NCBI GenBank assembly: GCA_900088475.1
Contig: FLMG01001021.1
Coordinates: 1 to 64,000 of the forward strand
DNA from: Hyphochytrium catenoides
Taxonomy: Eukaryota; Protista; Hyphochytriomycota
Length of the DNA stretch: 64,000 nucleotides
Direction of reading: 5' to 3'
Shown here: positions 61,401 through 64,000 of the stretch, piece by piece
How the letters are laid out: each line of letters opens with the position of its first letter
Position numbering within the stretch: the first letter of the stretch is position 1
Program-made: the position numbers and the translations under genes
The notes under the pieces: model-generated
Told to the model about the DNA's origin: nothing
What the model saw: only the letters and a program-made list of their open reading frames with translations
Databases searched by the model: none

Positions 61401-62963
61401 AAGGAGGAAAGCCTTGGAAGCCTGTAAAGCTGCTTTCTATACCACGTTCCTCTCGGTTATCGACTTGGTCCGCGCTCCCTCCTATCAATTCCGCTCTCTC
61501 CTCTAACCGTTGCTTTCCAAGAAAATCTCTCAGCTCCTCTTCAGTCAGTCCTAGAGCTTGCTTCAGCTCCTCGTTCTCCTTCGCCTCTGCTTCTTCTTTG
61601 CTCTCCTTCTGGTTGCCATCCTAAGGATCGTAAGCCCGAATGAGCCTTGAGCACTGTGGTGCTAGTTCTTGTGAGGCTGTGCATACCTTCAGTCTGATTT
61701 TGTAGTCTACTTTCTCATATTCTCCGTCTTCATCTATCTCTTTCGGTCCGTTGTTCGAGGGAGTCGGGTCCTTCAGAAGTTTGTTGATGATCTTGGCATC
61801 TGTTTTGACGTTCGGAAGACGGAAGAGAGGCAAGAGGTTCTCCCCTTTAGGCCCCTTTCCCAGTCCTGACTCAAAAGGAGTATCGCCTGAGGATGTGAGG
61901 ATGGGAAGCATATCCAAGCCATTTTTATGACTGATGACAGGTGGAGAGGGTGGAAGTATATCTTCTGCGTGGGCTTCTCTCTCTCTCCCCTGCCAGGTTT
62001 AGAGGAATGTCATTGATACGGATAGACTGATAGAAACGTTGAAAGAGAGGAGAGAGAGAAGAGGGCGAGGAAGCAAGGACAGGAACTAAAGGAAGAAAAG
62101 ACGGTGTGATGGAGTGGGCAACGAGAAACGACACCAGTTGGCAAGCAAAGAGTCTAGTAAGGTATAGCCAGCACCTGAAAGTCCAGAAGCGGGAGACTCA
62201 GTGATCGCATAGACGATAGTAGAGATAGAGGAAGAGTGAAACCCCTAGAGTAAATGGTGACAATGTAGAGTAACCTCAGTGAACCAAAGACAGCAGAAGA
62301 GAGGGCTACGCTCAGCTACCGGAGATAGGGGCGGGACGTTCGACCCTCCAGAGAGCAGTCGGCTCTTATTTCTCCCCTTCTCGGCCTTAGTTACGCTCCC
62401 TGTCTCCTTCACCTGCTCCCGAATGGACGGGGGCAACTCCTCTGTGGATGGTAGAGATATAGAGAGAGTTGGGGAATGGTAGGTTAACAGAATTTGCGGG
62501 ACTTGTGGGAGAAGAAGGAAGGTGTGAGATGCGCCCTTAGGGACCGCCTGGAGAAAGAAATTGATAGATAGTGGAGCAAAAAAGCTAGACATTTAGACAA
62601 AGACAGAGGGAGGGAGAAGCCGACCATAAGGAACCCACACAAAGAGCAAGTGGTAGCTTTAGAATAAGCAGAGCTTCCAGGTAGTGCCAGGAAGTTTGTG
62701 GTAGGATGCGGTAAGCGGGATGGCAACGACTACGCTGCCGACAATCTCGCGAGAAGCTGCCCGGTGTGCTTACCGAGGGTTCCACCTCTTTTCTTCCATT
62801 CTTGGATTAGTTCACGCTGCGTCCGCTCTATCTCTTCTAACAGCTTCTTCTCCTTCTCGGTCCTCTTCGGCTTGCTGTCTGCTTCACCCTTCTTAGCCTC
62901 GTCCCGCCCCTGAGAAGGGTCAGGAGGCTTCTTGCCGCCCAGATGGGCACCAAAGAGGAGCAT
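55497..62963 (-). CDS. Large multi-exon protein with IQ motifs, WW, two B-box fingers and a C-terminal WW domain
   Basis: Repeated AA.KIQ..YRG/ARG IQ motifs; WTEVFDE..RFFYY|TGEATWLPP; CVECEKE..CKRCEDKFCDSCF..LH and CVECERK..CAQCDDPFCDPCF..IH; WITAVDEESGHSYLYNPVTGESKWI-stop. The start codon is approximate. Confidence 0.85.
58402..58460. other. Assembly gap (N run) inside an intron
   Basis: Run of n characters. Confidence 0.99.
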
Positions 62964-63352
62964 GATAGAGTAACAGATCTAACAGACACTGATTATTTTC
63001 TCACATGTCGCCCTGTCTTACAAGAAACTATCTACGAATCCAGCCTGGGGCAGAAGCAGGCTAATCGCGGGAGAGGAGAACAAGAGGATAGGGTTCCCTC
63101 TCATTTCGTCAAGCATGATCAATTGCCTCCTTCATCACTCCAGATTGGCATCCTCGTGCCACTATAAGTTCATCCTCATCTGCGCTATCTGATCAGTTGC
63201 CGCTATCGTCTTCTCCATCACCGTCCACTTCTTCCTTCAACTTTGGTCTTGCCTCTCCATTGGGATCTCCACTCCGCCACCGTCCCCTTTTTTTGGTCTT
63301 ATCTCATCTAGTACTGTCTTTTGATGGTCTCTCCTCTTCGCACTCCTCCTTT

Positions 63353-63955
63353 TATCTCAGTCTGTCCCTGTCCGTCAGTGTCTCTCTGTCTATCTCTCTA
63401 CTTCTCTCACTCGATCTTCTCTCTTCCTTGCTCTTCTTTCCTGCTCCTCCTCCTTCCCTGGCATCGTTGCTTTCTGTCTCTTCCGCTATCCTTTGCTGAT
63501 GATCCTGGGCTCTGCTGCTGTGATGGCGTTCTGAGCCATTTCCACTCTGTAACGAACAGGCAAGGGCATGCGAGGCGCTTTAATTAGAGTTAGTTCTATC
63601 CTCTGTGGTAGCTAACTTTCGGTATTAAAGAGCTACCCTGAATCTACTGATAATCAACCCGGCTCCTAGCGAGTAACCGTTTATTGATCTGTCCATGGTG
63701 ATCCTTTAGGAGAAAGCTGCTGATGAGTTGATGAGATGCCGATGAATCTCAACACAAAGTCATCGTTCACCTCTGGGCTCTGGCCCTCTGATGCGGCTTC
63801 TCTCAATGAGAAGCCGATGGACTGCACGAGCTCTAACTTGATGATAAACCAAAGCGGACAGCGGTGAGGAAGGCAAGCATCCCTGGTCTTTCCTTTGGCA
63901 ATGATGGAGTCTGTTACGCTCTACGGCCGGTGTCATGAAGCCCTCCAAGCCCTAC
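63353..63955 (-). CDS. Possible terminal exons of a gene that starts beyond the window
   Basis: Acceptor-like sites (TGTAG ~63953, TACAG ~63548) precede open, charged low-complexity frames that end RDRLR-stop. Confidence 0.3.
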
Positions 63956-64000
63956 AGTATCGCGGTATGTGACAGGCCACGCAGTACCTCTCACTTTCTT

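Overview
This is eukaryotic (protist) nuclear DNA using the standard genetic code and GT-AG spliceosomal introns. A stramenopile or pseudofungus-like origin is suggested by an oomycete-type secreted Cys domain and an IQ/WW/B-box protein, but this is tentative. The window has two kinds of territory. About 1-23 kb and 33-38 kb are loosely packed, with intron-poor genes among decayed retroelement and pseudogene relics: a 7TM-RGS receptor, a DDX60-like helicase, an adjacent PIN-fold nuclease, a secreted GPNGQ-repeat protein and two single-pass membrane proteins. About 23-33 kb and 38-64 kb hold tightly packed, intron-rich genes that the ORF track fragments and that I re-spliced by eye: a SETD3-like methyltransferase, an FHA coiled-coil protein, a PDK1-like kinase, phosducin-like 3, a SUN protein, a USP deubiquitinase and an IQ-WW-B-box protein. 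The best leads are (i) an intronless tandem-Ubl(LRLRGG)-Cys domain-RING polyprotein whose ubiquitin unit lacks K48 and K63; (ii) a USP with a MYND-USP-A20 ZnF-SEC-C architecture visible only after splicing; (iii) a co-oriented DDX60 + PIN nuclease pair that may be an RNA-defence module; and (iv) a PDK1-like kinase with DFS in place of DFG. All annotation comes from reading motifs by eye; no searches were run.
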